Below, piece by piece: positions 39,188 through 49,813 of a stretch of 64,000 nucleotides of DNA. Made by a program: the position numbers and the translations under genes. Source of the stretch: an uncultured Gemmataceae bacterium (GTDB lineage: Bacteria; Planctomycetota; Planctomycetia; Gemmatales; Gemmataceae); NCBI GenBank assembly GCA_963750165.1, contig CAVVPN010000012.1, positions 160,001-224,000 on the forward strand, written 5' to 3'. The number at the start of each line of letters is the position of its first letter. The stretch's first letter is position 1. Below the pieces are notes generated by a model, which did no database searches, was not told the origin of the DNA, and saw only the letters and a list, made by a program, of their open reading frames with translations.

Positions 39188-41101
39188 CTACTGCTGCGGC
39201 TCCTCCAGATACGTGTAGCCCTCCAGCCCCGACTCGTAGAAGCGCAGCATCTGCCGCGACTCGTTCAGCGAAATCTTGCCGCTGCGCACCGCTCGCTCCA
39301 CGTCCTTGCGCAGCTTGGCGATCAGCTCATCCGCCGAGTATTGCACATACGCCAGCACCTCGCGCACCGTGTCGCCCTTGATGACGGCGTCGAGGTTGAT
39401 CTCGCCGTCGTCGTCCAGGCTGACGTGGACCGCGTTGGTGTCGCCGAACAGGTTGTGCAGGTCGCCCAAAATTTCCTGATACGCCCCGAGCAGGAACGCC
39501 CCGAGATAGTACGGCTCGCCGCTGAACGGATGCAGTTCCAGCGTGTTGCGCACGTCGCGCAGGTCAATGAACTGGTCGATCTTGCCGTCCGAGTCGCAGG
39601 TGATGTCGCCGAGGACGCCGCGGCGCGTCGGCGGCTCGTTCAGGCGGTGGATCGGCATGAGCGGAAACAGCTGCTTGACCGCCCAGCTGTCCGGCATTGA
39701 CTGGAACACCGAGAAGTTGCAGAAATACGTGTCCGACATCACCGGTTCCAGGCCCTGCAACTCCTCCGGCACATAGTCCAGCTCGCGGACAATTTTCAGC
39801 ACCTTGCCGCACACCGCCCAGAACAGCCGCTCCGTCAACGCACGCAGTTCGATCGTCAGCGTGCCGAGGTTGAACATCGTCAACGCGTCGTCCATTGTCT
39901 GCTGGGCGTCGTGGTAGCCCTCCAGAAAATTCTTCTTCGACAGGTCGCGGTAGATCGACTGCAAATCGACAATCTGCTGCGGCGCGTCGTGCGGGATTTC
40001 CGGCGGCGCCTGGTAGCGGTCGAAGTTGGAGACGCCGAGCACGTCGAAGACGAGCAGGCTGTGGTACGCCGCGATGGCCCGGCCCGACTCGGAGATAATC
40101 ATCGGGTGCGGCACGTCCGCCTCGTCGCAGACGCTCTTGATGCGGAACACCACGTCGTTGGCGTACTCCTGCAACGTGTAGTTCACGCTCGACTCGAAGT
40201 CGGTCTGCGAACCGTCGTAGTCGATGCCGAGGCCACCACCCACGTCCAGGTACTTGACGCCGGCACCGCAGCGGTGCAGCTCGACGTACACCCGCGCCGC
40301 CTCGGTCAACGCCCCCTTGATGTTGCGGATGTTCGTGATCTGGCTGCCCATGTGGAAGTGGACCAGCTGCAGGCAGTCCGCCAGGTCGCGCTCCTTGAGG
40401 TACTCGAACGCCTCCAGCGTTTCGGTGAGCGTCAGACCGAACTTGGAGCGAAAGCCGGCGCTGTACTTCCAGCGGCCCGCCCCGCGCGACGCCAGCTTGA
40501 CGCGCACGCCGAGCACCGGCCGCACACGCAATTCCTCCGCGTGGCGGACGATTGCCTCCAGTTCGGTGAATTTTTCCACGACCGGGATGATGTTCTTGCC
40601 GATCTTGCGGGCCAGCATGGCCATCTTGATGAACTCGTCATCCTTGAAGCCGTTGCAGATGATCGGCGTCTCCAGGCCGTTGGTCAGCGCCAGCACCGCG
40701 AGCAGCTCGGGCTTGGAGCCGGCCTCCAGGCCGAAGCGGAACTCCTTGCCGACGTCCAGTACCTCCTCGACGACGTGCCGCTGCTGGTTCACCTTGATCG
40801 GGTAAACGCAGCAGTATTCGCCCTGGTAGTCGTACTCGGTGACGGCCCGGTGGAAGGCCTCGTGGATCTCGCGGACGGTCTGGCGGAGGATGTCGGTGAA
40901 GCGCAGCAGGATCGGCAACTGGATGCCGCGCGTCTGGAGCTGATCGACGAGTTCCTTCAAGTCGATAGATTGGCTGGTGTTTTTGCGGGGGTGGACCGTG
41001 ACGTGGCCGGCCTTGTTGATGCCGAAGTAGCCCTTGCCCCACTGGCGGATGCGATAAATTTCCATCGCGTCCTGGATCTTCCACTTTTCCATCAATTCCA
41101 T
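39188..41101 (-). CDS. speA: Biosynthetic arginine decarboxylase
   Basis: YPIKVNQ, GLEAGSKPE, HFHMGSQ, DVGGGLG, DITCDSDG, GAYQEILGDLHNLFGD. Confidence 0.97.
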   Translation of the reverse strand: MELMEKWKIQDAMEIYRIRQWGKGYFGINKAGHVTVHPRKNTSQSIDLKELVDQLQTRGIQLPILLRFTDILRQTVREIHEAFHRAVTEYDYQGEYCCVYPIKVNQQRHVVEEVLDVGKEFRFGLEAGSKPELLAVLALTNGLETPIICNGFKDDEFIKMAMLARKIGKNIIPVVEKFTELEAIVRHAEELRVRPVLGVRVKLASRGAGRWKYSAGFRSKFGLTLTETLEAFEYLKERDLADCLQLVHFHMGSQITNIRNIKGALTEAARVYVELHRCGAGVKYLDVGGGLGIDYDGSQTDFESSVNYTLQEYANDVVFRIKSVCDEADVPHPMIISESGRAIAAYHSLLVFDVLGVSNFDRYQAPPEIPHDAPQQIVDLQSIYRDLSKKNFLEGYHDAQQTMDDALTMFNLGTLTIELRALTERLFWAVCGKVLKIVRELDYVPEELQGLEPVMSDTYFCNFSVFQSMPDSWAVKQLFPLMPIHRLNEPPTRRGVLGDITCDSDGKIDQFIDLRDVRNTLELHPFSGEPYYLGAFLLGAYQEILGDLHNLFGDTNAVHVSLDDDGEINLDAVIKGDTVREVLAYVQYSADELIAKLRKDVERAVRSGKISLNESRQMLRFYESGLEGYTYLEEPQQ

Positions 41102-41169
41102 CAGGAGGTGCCTTTCACAAGCGGGTGTCGCGGAAGAAGCCGGCGGCCGTGGCTGGCGAACGAAACTCA

Positions 41170-41226
41170 TTGTCCGGGCATGAGTTTTGCTTTATAATGT
41201 GTATGGCGACACCCTTCAAAAGTCAA
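41170..41226. promoter_or_regulatory. Face-to-face sigma70-like promoters
   Basis: + strand TTGTCC-N17-TATAAT (41170-41198); - strand TTGACT-N17-TACACA (41226-41198). Confidence 0.5.
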
Positions 41227-41320
41227 GGATTTTTCACGTATTCTCGATACCTTTTGCCGCCCGTGCGCCCGACGCGGGCGACGGTGACTGTTGTGCGGGC
41301 GGCGCGATTTGGAAAGGATT

Positions 41321-41409
41321 TCACCACGGAGCACGCAGCGCGCGCAGAGAAAAGACGAAAACCGGTTTTATTCATGGTTTTTCTCCGCGCGCTGCGTGCT
41401 CCGTGGTGA
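41321..41409. repeat. Nonamer-arm hairpin element (TCACCAC...GTGGTGA family)
   Basis: TCACCACGGAGCACGCAGCGCGCG ... CGCGCGCTGCGTGCTCCGTGGTGA. Confidence 0.85.
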
Positions 41410-41436
41410 CATTTTTGAACGAACCGGAGTCCCATC

Positions 41437-42621
41437 ATGCCGGCGACCCGGGCCAGGCAGGCCAACCAGAAAATGGTCGATCGCCTCATCGCCGAGGGCA
41501 CCCTCTGGTCGCCGCCGCTCATTTCCGCCTTCCGGCACACGCCGCGGCACCTGTTCCTCGACCGCGTCTTCCAGCGCGAGGGCCCTGCTCGGTGGCGCGA
41601 AACCCTCGTGCGCGACGCCGGCCCGGAAGAACTGTCGCTCATCTACAGCGACCGCGCTCTCATCACCCGCGTCAGCCCGGACGGCGTGGCCATCAGCTCG
41701 TCCAGCCAGCCGTCGTTGATGGCCCAGATGTTGGAGGACCTGCAACTGGAACCGGGGCAGCGCGTGCTGGAAATCGGCGCCGGCACTGGCTACAACGCGG
41801 CGCTGCTGGCCCATGTCGTGGGGCCGGGCAACGTCCACAGCGCCGATGTGGACCGTGAGACGCTGAGTGAAGCGTATGCACATCTGAAGCCATTCGCGGA
41901 GCGCGGCGTCCGTTTGCACCACGCCGACGGCCGCGGCGGTCTGCCGGGCTACGCCCCCTTCGACCGCATCCTGGTGGCGGCGGCGGCGGTGGACCTGGAG
42001 CCGGCGTGGCTGGAGCAACTGGCGCCCGGCGGCCAGGTGCTGGCGCCGCTGGAGCTGGCGCCGGGACTGGCGTTCCTGGCGCTGGGGACGGTGCGCGACA
42101 GCACCTTCGACGGCCACCTGACGCGGGCGGCGTATTTCATGCCGTTGCGGGCGGAGGCCGAGAGCGGCGAACGCGAACGCGAGCCGGCGGTGGCGAGCAC
42201 GTTGCAGCAGTTGCCGGCGCCGTGGGCGGACTGGTTCGACGAGGGACGGCCGCGACTGCGCTGGTTGCAGTTTGTGCAGTCGCTGGTGTTCTTCGGTTTC
42301 CTGCGCGGCCTGGAAGCGCGGCAGCGCGGCGGCGACGAACTGGGGCTGCTGGGCGTGGGCGGCGCCGGGCAGCCAGAGATGGTGTGCTGGTTCGGCCGGC
42401 AGACGTGGTACGTCAGCGGTACGCAGGGCCGCGACCTTGGCTGGGAGTTGTGGCGGGCGTTCCTGGACGCAGGCGGCCCGTGGCCGACGGAATTTCGGCT
42501 GCGGGCGCGGGCCGACGGCGCGATCCCGGAAGCCGGTGCCCGTGTCCATACCCAGCAGGGACCGCGCTGCCGCCATGTCTGGGAGCTGCCCCAGACGCGG
42601 ACGCGGCCGGTTGTTTTGTAG
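41437..42621 (+). CDS. Protein-L-isoaspartate O-methyltransferase-like protein with C-terminal extension
   Basis: PRHLF, SSSSQPSLMAQML, VLEIGAGTGYNAALL, APFDRI, YFMPLR. Confidence 0.88.
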   Translation: MPATRARQANQKMVDRLIAEGTLWSPPLISAFRHTPRHLFLDRVFQREGPARWRETLVRDAGPEELSLIYSDRALITRVSPDGVAISSSSQPSLMAQMLEDLQLEPGQRVLEIGAGTGYNAALLAHVVGPGNVHSADVDRETLSEAYAHLKPFAERGVRLHHADGRGGLPGYAPFDRILVAAAAVDLEPAWLEQLAPGGQVLAPLELAPGLAFLALGTVRDSTFDGHLTRAAYFMPLRAEAESGEREREPAVASTLQQLPAPWADWFDEGRPRLRWLQFVQSLVFFGFLRGLEARQRGGDELGLLGVGGAGQPEMVCWFGRQTWYVSGTQGRDLGWELWRAFLDAGGPWPTEFRLRARADGAIPEAGARVHTQQGPRCRHVWELPQTRTRPVVL

Positions 42622-42720
42622 GAAGGCAGCAACCCCTTGCAGAACGCCCCGGGAAGACAGTATAACTTACCATGCGCCTCCTCCAAGCCAGCAGCATGAC
42701 TTTGCACGGGAGACCAGACG

Positions 42721-43404
42721 ATGCCCAGTCCTTTTCCGGGAATGGATCCGTATCTCGAAGACGAAAAGCTCTGGGGTGCCTTCCACCATCAACTCGTCGG
42801 CTGCCTGTATCAGGTGCTGCTGCCGAGCCTGGTGGATCGCTACCGGGCGCGCGTCGCCCAGCGCCACTACGCCACCGAACAGGCCCTATTCACGTCCATC
42901 ATCCGCGAGGAGCACCACGAGGAGTATATCGAAATCCGTCAGCGCACCGACAACCGCCTGGTGACGCTGGTGGACGTGGTTAGCCCCACCAACAAACTGA
43001 CGACCGCCGGCCGGCAGGCGTACCTCGACAAGCGCCGCGAGGGCCGCAACGCCAGCGCCAACCTGGTCGAGATCGACCTGATCTTGCAAGGCCAACCGCT
43101 GCTCGAATACTCGCGCGATGGTCTGCCCGACTGGGATTACGCCGTCACGGTCACGCGCTCGACGCAGCCGGAGCGCTACGAAATCTACACCGCGACGCTT
43201 CAAAAACGCCTGCCGAAGTTCCGCCTGCCGCTGGCGCCCGACGACCGCGATACCGTCCTCGACCTGCACGCGACCTTCACCCGCTGCTATGACCAGGGCG
43301 ACTTCGCCGCCAAGATTGACTACCAGCGCGACCCGGCCGCCGCCGTCAACGACGAGGACCGCAAGTGGCTGCATGAACTGCTGAAACAGCAGAAGTTGCG
43401 TTAA
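42721..43404 (+). CDS. DUF4058 family protein
   Basis: MPSPFPGMDPYLE, SPTNK, LVEIDL. Confidence 0.9.
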   Translation: MPSPFPGMDPYLEDEKLWGAFHHQLVGCLYQVLLPSLVDRYRARVAQRHYATEQALFTSIIREEHHEEYIEIRQRTDNRLVTLVDVVSPTNKLTTAGRQAYLDKRREGRNASANLVEIDLILQGQPLLEYSRDGLPDWDYAVTVTRSTQPERYEIYTATLQKRLPKFRLPLAPDDRDTVLDLHATFTRCYDQGDFAAKIDYQRDPAAAVNDEDRKWLHELLKQQKLR

Positions 43405-43409
43405 GAGGA

Positions 43410-43490
43410 GATTCACCACAAAGACACAAAGAACACAAAGGAAAATCAATTGTGTCTTCCTTTGAGCCCTTTGTGTCTTTGTGGTGAATC
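43410..43490. repeat. Nonamer-arm hairpin (ACACAAAG repeats)
   Basis: GATTCACCACAAAGACACAAAG ... CTTTGTGTCTTTGTGGTGAATC; copy at 61623-61731. Confidence 0.88.
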
Positions 43491-43496
43491 CATTTC

Positions 43497-44054
43497 ATGG
43501 CTACCCCGCGCCAGCCGCCAGCCGTCCTGCTCGTCGTCGCCGCCTTCAGCCGCCACGCCGACGCCCTTACCTGGGCCGCCCAGCGCCTCCAGCACCTCCA
43601 CGGCTCGCTCGCCGCCGTCAGCCCCGCCTTCGCGTTTGACCAGACGGCGTACTACGCGGCAACCATGGGGCCGGATCTGCGCAAGCAGTTTCTGGTCTTC
43701 GAGCAACTCGTGTCGCTCGACTGCCTGCCGCCAGTCAAGCTGGGCACCAACGCGCTGGAACAGGAACTCGCCGACACCGGCACGTTCCCCGAGGCCCGAC
43801 CGCTCAACCTTGACCCCGGTCTGCTGACCCTGGGCAAGTTCCAGCTGGCCACCACCAAGGACCAGGCCCATCGGCTGTACCTGCGCGACGGCATTTACGC
43901 CGAGGTCACGCTGCGCTTCCAGGCCGGTCAGTTCGAGCCGTGGCCGTGGACCTACGCCGACTACCGCGAGCCCGCCGTGCGCGCGTTTCTGAAGGAGCAG
44001 CGCGAATATTACAAGCGCCGCCTGGCGGAACTGGGGCCCGCCGAACCGGGATAA
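43497..44054 (+). CDS. DUF4416 family protein
   Basis: T.YY..TMG..L.K.F, KL.TN.LE, R.LNLDPG, LATTKD..HR.YL..GIYAE.TL, WTY.DY. Confidence 0.88.
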   Translation: MATPRQPPAVLLVVAAFSRHADALTWAAQRLQHLHGSLAAVSPAFAFDQTAYYAATMGPDLRKQFLVFEQLVSLDCLPPVKLGTNALEQELADTGTFPEARPLNLDPGLLTLGKFQLATTKDQAHRLYLRDGIYAEVTLRFQAGQFEPWPWTYADYREPAVRAFLKEQREYYKRRLAELGPAEPG

Positions 44055-44438
44055 CCTTGGCGTCTTGCCCGGACGACGCCGAATCCGCGAACCGCAGGAC
44101 ATCGCTTCTAGCAGACCAAAAAGTCGCGCGGTTGCAAGTGGGGACTTGCTCCGGCCGCGCGGGCATGGTAGCATCGCCGCCAGCACAATGACTTTCAGGA
44201 ACAGAGGCAGACAGGAATGTCCGCCCCACGGAGGAGCAGAAAAAGGTGCCGTCGGTCCTGGCGGCCAAGGGGATCGTGCGAGGGAATTCACCAGAACCGA
44301 CGGCAGCAGTGCTCTTTCATTGTAGCGCCTGATCAGATCGGCAACAGCGCGGCGCGGGAGAACCCAACGTGCCCAGCGCCGTTTTTCGGCAAGTGGTAAC
44401 GGTTGCCGGGGTCAGGACGGAGCGCACGGAGGTGTCGG

Positions 44439-44870
44439 ATGGGCAAGGAAAAGAATGTGCAAGGCGGTTGGTTGTTCAAGGAGGAGCCGGAGCACTACAG
44501 TTTCGCTGACCTCGAACGCGATGGCCAAACGGTCTGGGACGGTATCACCAACGCCCTGGCCCTGCAATACCTGCGGCAAGTGCGGGCCGGGGATCGGGTG
44601 CTATACTACCATACGGGAAAGGAAAAGGCGGTTGTCGGGGAAATGCGGGCAGTGAGCAACGCGCAGACGACCACGGATGATGCGAAGGCGGTGAGCGTGC
44701 CGGTACGGCCGGTGCGGCGCTGGTCGCGGCCCGTGACGCTGGCCCGCATCAAGCAGGATGACTGGCTGGCCAAACACTGGGACCTGGTGCGGTTGCCGCG
44801 GTTGTCGGTCGTCCCAGTGTCCGCGGAGGTCTGGCAGCGCGTCGAGGCACTGGGACAGGAGCCCGGTTGA
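44439..44870 (+). CDS. EVE-domain protein
   Basis: WLFKEEP..YSF.DL, WDGITN..A, GD.VLYYHTG.EK, RLSVVPV; GGAGG RBS. Confidence 0.92.
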   Translation: MGKEKNVQGGWLFKEEPEHYSFADLERDGQTVWDGITNALALQYLRQVRAGDRVLYYHTGKEKAVVGEMRAVSNAQTTTDDAKAVSVPVRPVRRWSRPVTLARIKQDDWLAKHWDLVRLPRLSVVPVSAEVWQRVEALGQEPG

Positions 44871-45122
44871 GCAGTTGTGGAGGCCCGGACCTTGCAGCCC
44901 CCCTGAACTTGAGTACAATTAAACAGGTGCCAGGGAAGGCCGGTCATTGATTTCGAGACCCGGAGTGACCCCGCGGTCGATTGGTCGGCCCGCACCGACC
45001 CGCATGGCCCCCCTGGATGACTCGCCGTGCGTGCAACTCCGGTTGCTGGGTGCGGACGCCACTACTCGGCCCGCCCACCGGCGCCCGCGTTCCGGTCTCG
45101 GTTCCCTCGAGGAAGGGCACTT

Positions 45123-46208
45123 ATGGCACGGCCCAGTTCGGAATCCGTCCAGGGTAGATCGAACTCGACCCGCAACTCGGACAAATTCCTCGCCAGTTTG
45201 AAGGCGGCCAGCTGCGTCACCTTCGTTACCCACGTCCACCCCGACCCGGACGGCCTCGGCTCCATGCTGGGGCTGGCGCACTTGGTGGAAGCCTGCCTTC
45301 GCAAACCCACCCGGTTGACCCGCGACGGCCTCATCAGCCGCGCCGAAAACCGCGCCATGGTCGAGTTGCTCGACATCGAGTTGATACCCATCCAGGACAT
45401 TCAGTGGCGGCCCGGCGAGGCCATCGTCATGGTCGATAGCCAGCCCGGCACCGGCCGCCACACCTTCGCCCCGGACACAACCGTTCACGCCGTCATCGAC
45501 CACCACCAGACGCCCGGCGACCTCGGCGACGTGGCGTTCACCGATGTTCGCCGCGACGTGGGCGCCACCTGCTCCGTGGTGACCGAATACCTGCGCGAGC
45601 AGGGCCTGCGCATCCCGCCGCGCGTGGCGACGGCACTGCTCTACGGCATCGAAACCGAGATGAACGGCTTTCCGCGCAACGCCAGCGCCCTGGACGACGA
45701 CGCGACGTACTTCCTGTTCCCGCTGGCGGACAAGGACTTGCTGGCGCAGATTCGCAACGCCCGGCTGCCGCAGAGCTACTTCCAGTGCATGTTGCAAGCC
45801 ATGCAAAGCTCGTTCATCTACGACCGGCTCATCATCAGCTGGGTGGACGATCTGCCGTCGCCAGAGCTGGCGGCGCAGGTGGTCGATTTCATGATCCGCT
45901 TCGAGGAAGTGGACTGGGCGTGCTGCGCCGGCGTCTACGAGGACAAGCTGATCTTGTCGGTGCGGACGAGCCAGCCGCGCGGCCGGGCAGGGGACATGCT
46001 ACGGCAGGTGGTCGGCAAGCTGGGCCGGGCCGGCGGCCACGACCGCCGCGCCGGCGGTTGCATTCCGCTGGCGAGCACGTCCGACAGCGCTGTCGAGGAT
46101 CTGCAGGGCGAACTGCGGCGGCGGTTGCTCAAGGCGCTGCACATCGACGAGTGCCGCGGGCAGCGCCTGGTGTCGCGCCGCGAGATGCTGCAAAACATCA
46201 CCGCCTGA
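45123..46208 (+). CDS. DHH/DHHA1 phosphoesterase (NrnA-like)
   Basis: H.HPDPDGLGS, VD, IDHH, GATCS, AGGH. Confidence 0.9.
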   Translation: MARPSSESVQGRSNSTRNSDKFLASLKAASCVTFVTHVHPDPDGLGSMLGLAHLVEACLRKPTRLTRDGLISRAENRAMVELLDIELIPIQDIQWRPGEAIVMVDSQPGTGRHTFAPDTTVHAVIDHHQTPGDLGDVAFTDVRRDVGATCSVVTEYLREQGLRIPPRVATALLYGIETEMNGFPRNASALDDDATYFLFPLADKDLLAQIRNARLPQSYFQCMLQAMQSSFIYDRLIISWVDDLPSPELAAQVVDFMIRFEEVDWACCAGVYEDKLILSVRTSQPRGRAGDMLRQVVGKLGRAGGHDRRAGGCIPLASTSDSAVEDLQGELRRRLLKALHIDECRGQRLVSRREMLQNITA

Positions 46209-46220
46209 TCGGATGAGAAA

Positions 46221-46261
46221 AATTCACCACAGAGAACGCTCTGCGTTCTCTGTGGTGAATT
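46221..46261. terminator. Perfect 19-bp hairpin between convergent genes (TTCACCAC family); possible bidirectional terminator
   Basis: AATTCACCACAGAGAACGC-TCT-GCGTTCTCTGTGGTGAATT. Confidence 0.7.
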
Positions 46262-46267
46262 CCTCTT

Positions 46268-47661
46268 TCAATGCTTGCGCTTGGCCCCGGAGCCGGCCAG
46301 GATCTTGGCTGGCCGCTCCACCTTGATCGAGGTCTTCTCCAGCGCTGGCGGCTCCGGCGCCGCAGTCGGCGGCGCCGCTTGGCCGAGGCGGCCAGCGCTC
46401 AGCCGTCGCAGCGCCCAGTGCAGCGTCGGCGCCGGCACGAATACCAGGTTCATCGTCAACATGATGAGCGCGAACGTCTTCATGCCCATGAACAGCGCGA
46501 TCGAGCCGTGCAGCAGAATCGCCAGCACCAGCAGGATCGGCCGCGTCGATGGCCGCCAGATCAGGAACGGATAGCAGATTTCAAACACCAGCGTCAGCAC
46601 CGTCGCCGTGTTCATCACCACTTCATAGAGCACCTTGCTCGCCACCAACCAGCGCAGGAAACCGAGGTACGTCGGCGAGCCGACCGGCGCGAACTCGAAG
46701 TTGGCGATGGTGCCCCAGACCGCTTCGCCCATCCACCACGACTGCCCCATCAACTTCGACAGGCCCGCCGATGTGTAAATGATGCACAGATGGATTTGCA
46801 ACAGCCGGATGGCCACGTTCGCGCCCACCGACGCCGGCGGCACCGGCGACCACGTTCCCGGCGGCACCGGGGCCGGCACCCCGCCACCCCGCGTCCAGAA
46901 CGCCCGCCAGCGGCCGATCACGTCCACCCGCGCCCGCGCCCACCACGCGCCAGCAGCCGATCCAGCGACAAGGCGTCACCGCTCGGGCCGATCATCAGGT
47001 ACAGCAACACCACCGCCACGATGAAGTCGGCGCCGAACAGCATGATGGGATTGCGGTGCATGAAGCTCAGCCACGCCAGCCAGGTCAGCACTGCGGTCAA
47101 CCGCGTCCCCAGGCCGAGCGTGAACAGCACGCACACCGCCAGGATGCCCAGCTGCACCGCCATCATGCTGTCCGGGTCCGTGACGTGGAACCAGATCGAC
47201 CAGGCCGGCTGGCCGCGCACCGACACCAGCCGCGCGTCCACGCCCCATTTGTGGCGGAACTCGATGAACGACCGGGCCTCCGCCGCCGACTTCGGCTGCG
47301 GGCCGGGCGGCATTTCGCGGAACTCCTTCTGATACTCCTTCATATACTCTTCCTGCTCCGGGTTGGCCGGCGGCTGGAACGGCGCCGCCCAGCCCAGGAA
47401 GACCGGCGGTTGCGCCGCCTCGCGATACCACTCCTGGCTCGTGGTCAAATCGAACCAGGCGTCGGTGCCGACCATCTCCTGCAGGTCGAGGGTGTACGTG
47501 AACATCGTGAAGACGACAATCAGGCCGGTGCAGATGCGGACCACGGCCAGAACGGTCGGGTCGCCCGGCGTGAACCAGAAGCGCTCCCAGGCGGCGGCCA
47601 GGCCGGCGAGACGCCCCGGTCGGCCGGCGCCCGGAGTCGGTGCGGTGACGTGCGGATCCAT
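46268..47661 (-). CDS. HTTM-domain membrane protein with one frameshift (~46946)
   Basis: WERFWF.P.DP..LA..RI, LGLGTR, HRNP....GAD, LSLD; after the shift RLLQIHLCIIY..AGLSKL.G..WW.GEA, LHG.I. Confidence 0.88.
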
Positions 47662-47722
47662 ATCGAGAGCCCTTCGATTGCGGAAGTGTCGGGGCGACGG
47701 GTCGGTTCATGGTTCGGGCCGG

Positions 47723-49175
47723 CTATCGGGGGCCAACGCCGGGCGGTGGCGGCGTCGGGAAGAAGCGCGGCGGCCGTTTCCAGTCGTTGATGTCGCCGGC
47801 GTGCTTGTAGGCGAATAGCAGGACCGGTGAGCGCGGGTCGTTTGGGTTCTCGCGCAGCGTCGGCATCAGGCAATAGAGCGCGGGGTCGGTTGGTTCGAGC
47901 AGGGTGCCGTCGGCGGCGTACTTGCCCATGTAGTAAGGCTGATACAGGGTGAAGTCGCGCGGATCGAGCCCCTGGGCCAGTGCGATCGCCGGAATGAACT
48001 GGTGCTGGACGTAGTAAATCCGCACCGTGGTCGCGTGCAACTTCGGATGTTTGGGATGCGGGTAATAGGCGATCAGGTGTCGGACATACGAGGACAGGGC
48101 CTGTTGCGCCATGGGCGCCGGCCGCCGGCCGCTCGGAATGCCCAGTTGCTGGACCTGCTGCGGTGGCACCCCCAGCTGGCCCCACACGAGCCCGACCAGC
48201 GGCGGATTGATCGGCACCGTCTGCGTGCGCTCGCTGTACATCAACCGTCGCTGGAAGCGCAACTGCAGGCCATACGGCCATTTGCCATCCTCGTCGATCT
48301 CCGGCAACTTGGCCCAGTGCGACAGCACCTTGCCCTGCTCGTCGTGAAACTCCAGCCGGAACCAGAGCTGCGAGGACGGGCCGGGGTCCGGCGAATAAAA
48401 GCGGTAGGCGTTGCTGAGGTACATGAAGTCGAGATAGGAGCTGTACAGGCGCCAGCGCAGGACCTGCGCCACCCACAGCCCCGGCTGCTCCGCGGTCACC
48501 GCCGTCACGATGGCGCCGAAGTGCAGCAGAATCAGCACACTGATCAGCAGCTTGCGCAGCCGTGATGAGCCCGCCGCGATGACGCCGCCGACATAGGCCG
48601 CCAGCGCCCCAACGCCCAGCAGCAGCCGGATGCTGTCCCAGTCCAGCGGCTGCCGCGGGTCGTACAGCGTCCATGTTGCCAGGAACAGCGCCAGCGCCGC
48701 CAGCGTTAGCAGGGCGGTCGCCTCGGCGCGGGCACTGACCGTCCCGGCCGTCCGCGCCTGCAGGAACCAGTACGCCCACAACCCACACCAGGGGGCCACC
48801 ACCAGCCACAACCAGATTAACTCCGTGTTCGACCACGGGGTGGACAGCGCCCGGATCAGCTGGCCCAGCAACAGCCCCGTCACCACGACCGCCAGCAGAC
48901 CGAAAGAGGCGGCCACCGCCAGCAAGGCGCGTTGCCGACTCGCCGGCGTCAGCTGCGTCAGAAAGGCCACGTCGCCCCAGCTCCAGCGCAGACACAGGCC
49001 GATGCCGACCGCCAGCAGGCCGAGGCACAGCAGCAGTCCGCGCCGGCTCGTCCGGGCCGAGCAGCCGCATCCACAAAAAGCCACCGCCGACCGCCGCGAC
49101 GCCTGCCGCCAACCACGGCCACGGGTTTGACAATGCCCATTCGGAGCGAGGCGCCACACCTTCTGCAGTTGCCAT
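47723..49175 (-). CDS. Multi-TM protein with soluble C-terminal domain (HTTM partner); one frameshift (~49040)
   Basis: About 7 TM then YLDFMYLSNAYRFYSPDP; co-oriented directly upstream of the HTTM gene. Confidence 0.75.
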
Positions 49176-49208
49176 CGTTGTTCAACCTTCGAGAAATTGC
49201 TCCGCGCC

Positions 49209-49290
49209 CGCGCCGGGCGAGCGGGGGGTGTCAGCCCCCTTGTTGATTCACAGGAAACAGAGGGCTGACGCCCTCCGCTCGCCTGGCGCG
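49209..49290. repeat. Degenerate GGCGTCAGCCC-family REP palindrome
   Basis: GCGAGCGGGGGGTGTCAGCCCC ... GGGCTGACGCCCTCCGCTCGC. Confidence 0.8.
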
Positions 49291-49595
49291 TTGTTTCGGT
49301 GGTCGGCACGGATGCGAATGGGGTGCGAAACGAGACCCGGCGGGAGGGCACCGCACACGCCGCCCGGGCATGGGAAAATCTATCAGCAAGGATACCTGAT
49401 GCAGCTGGGGAAACTCCAGAGAATAACGAAAATTGTCCGCCGCGCTGCTGTCGGAGGAAGGACAGGCACGGGGAGTGCCAGGGAAACGGCCTGCGCGACA
49501 GTGCGCAGGGGGAGCGCCCAGGGGAAAAAATCCCTTGTTTCCGATTATGCGGGACTTACCGCCCACAGAATTCCTTTATATCGCCCAGATTACTG

Positions 49596-49624
49596 TTGAC
49601 ACTTTTTTTGACTATCTTTACTAT
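49596..49624 (+). promoter_or_regulatory. Sigma70-like promoter
   Basis: TTGACA-N17-TACTAT in an AT-rich stretch. Confidence 0.65.
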
Positions 49625-49813
49625 CCACCTCAGTCAACGAAGTTTAACGGATTGACAAACTCATGACATCCCATCGCATGCAACTCGCGTGCCCCGGAGG
49701 GGCGCTGGCGGGTGGAGTAACCACCACTGGATCGGTTCGGCAACGGCTCCAGGCCCTTTGGGTTTCTGATAAACCGTGGACTGGCTCTTACGTTTTTCTG
49801 CAGGAGGTTCAGC

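Noticed and set aside
44055..44438. Possible small gene or RNA in a 380-nt gap
   Set aside because: Only a single GTGG-type REP (~44208-44229) was recognised; no convincing ORF or RNA motif.
49697..49759. Canonical ZTP (pfl) riboswitch
   Set aside because: The 3' pseudoknot half is absent and the downstream gene is not purine/one-carbon related; kept only as a candidate novel motif.
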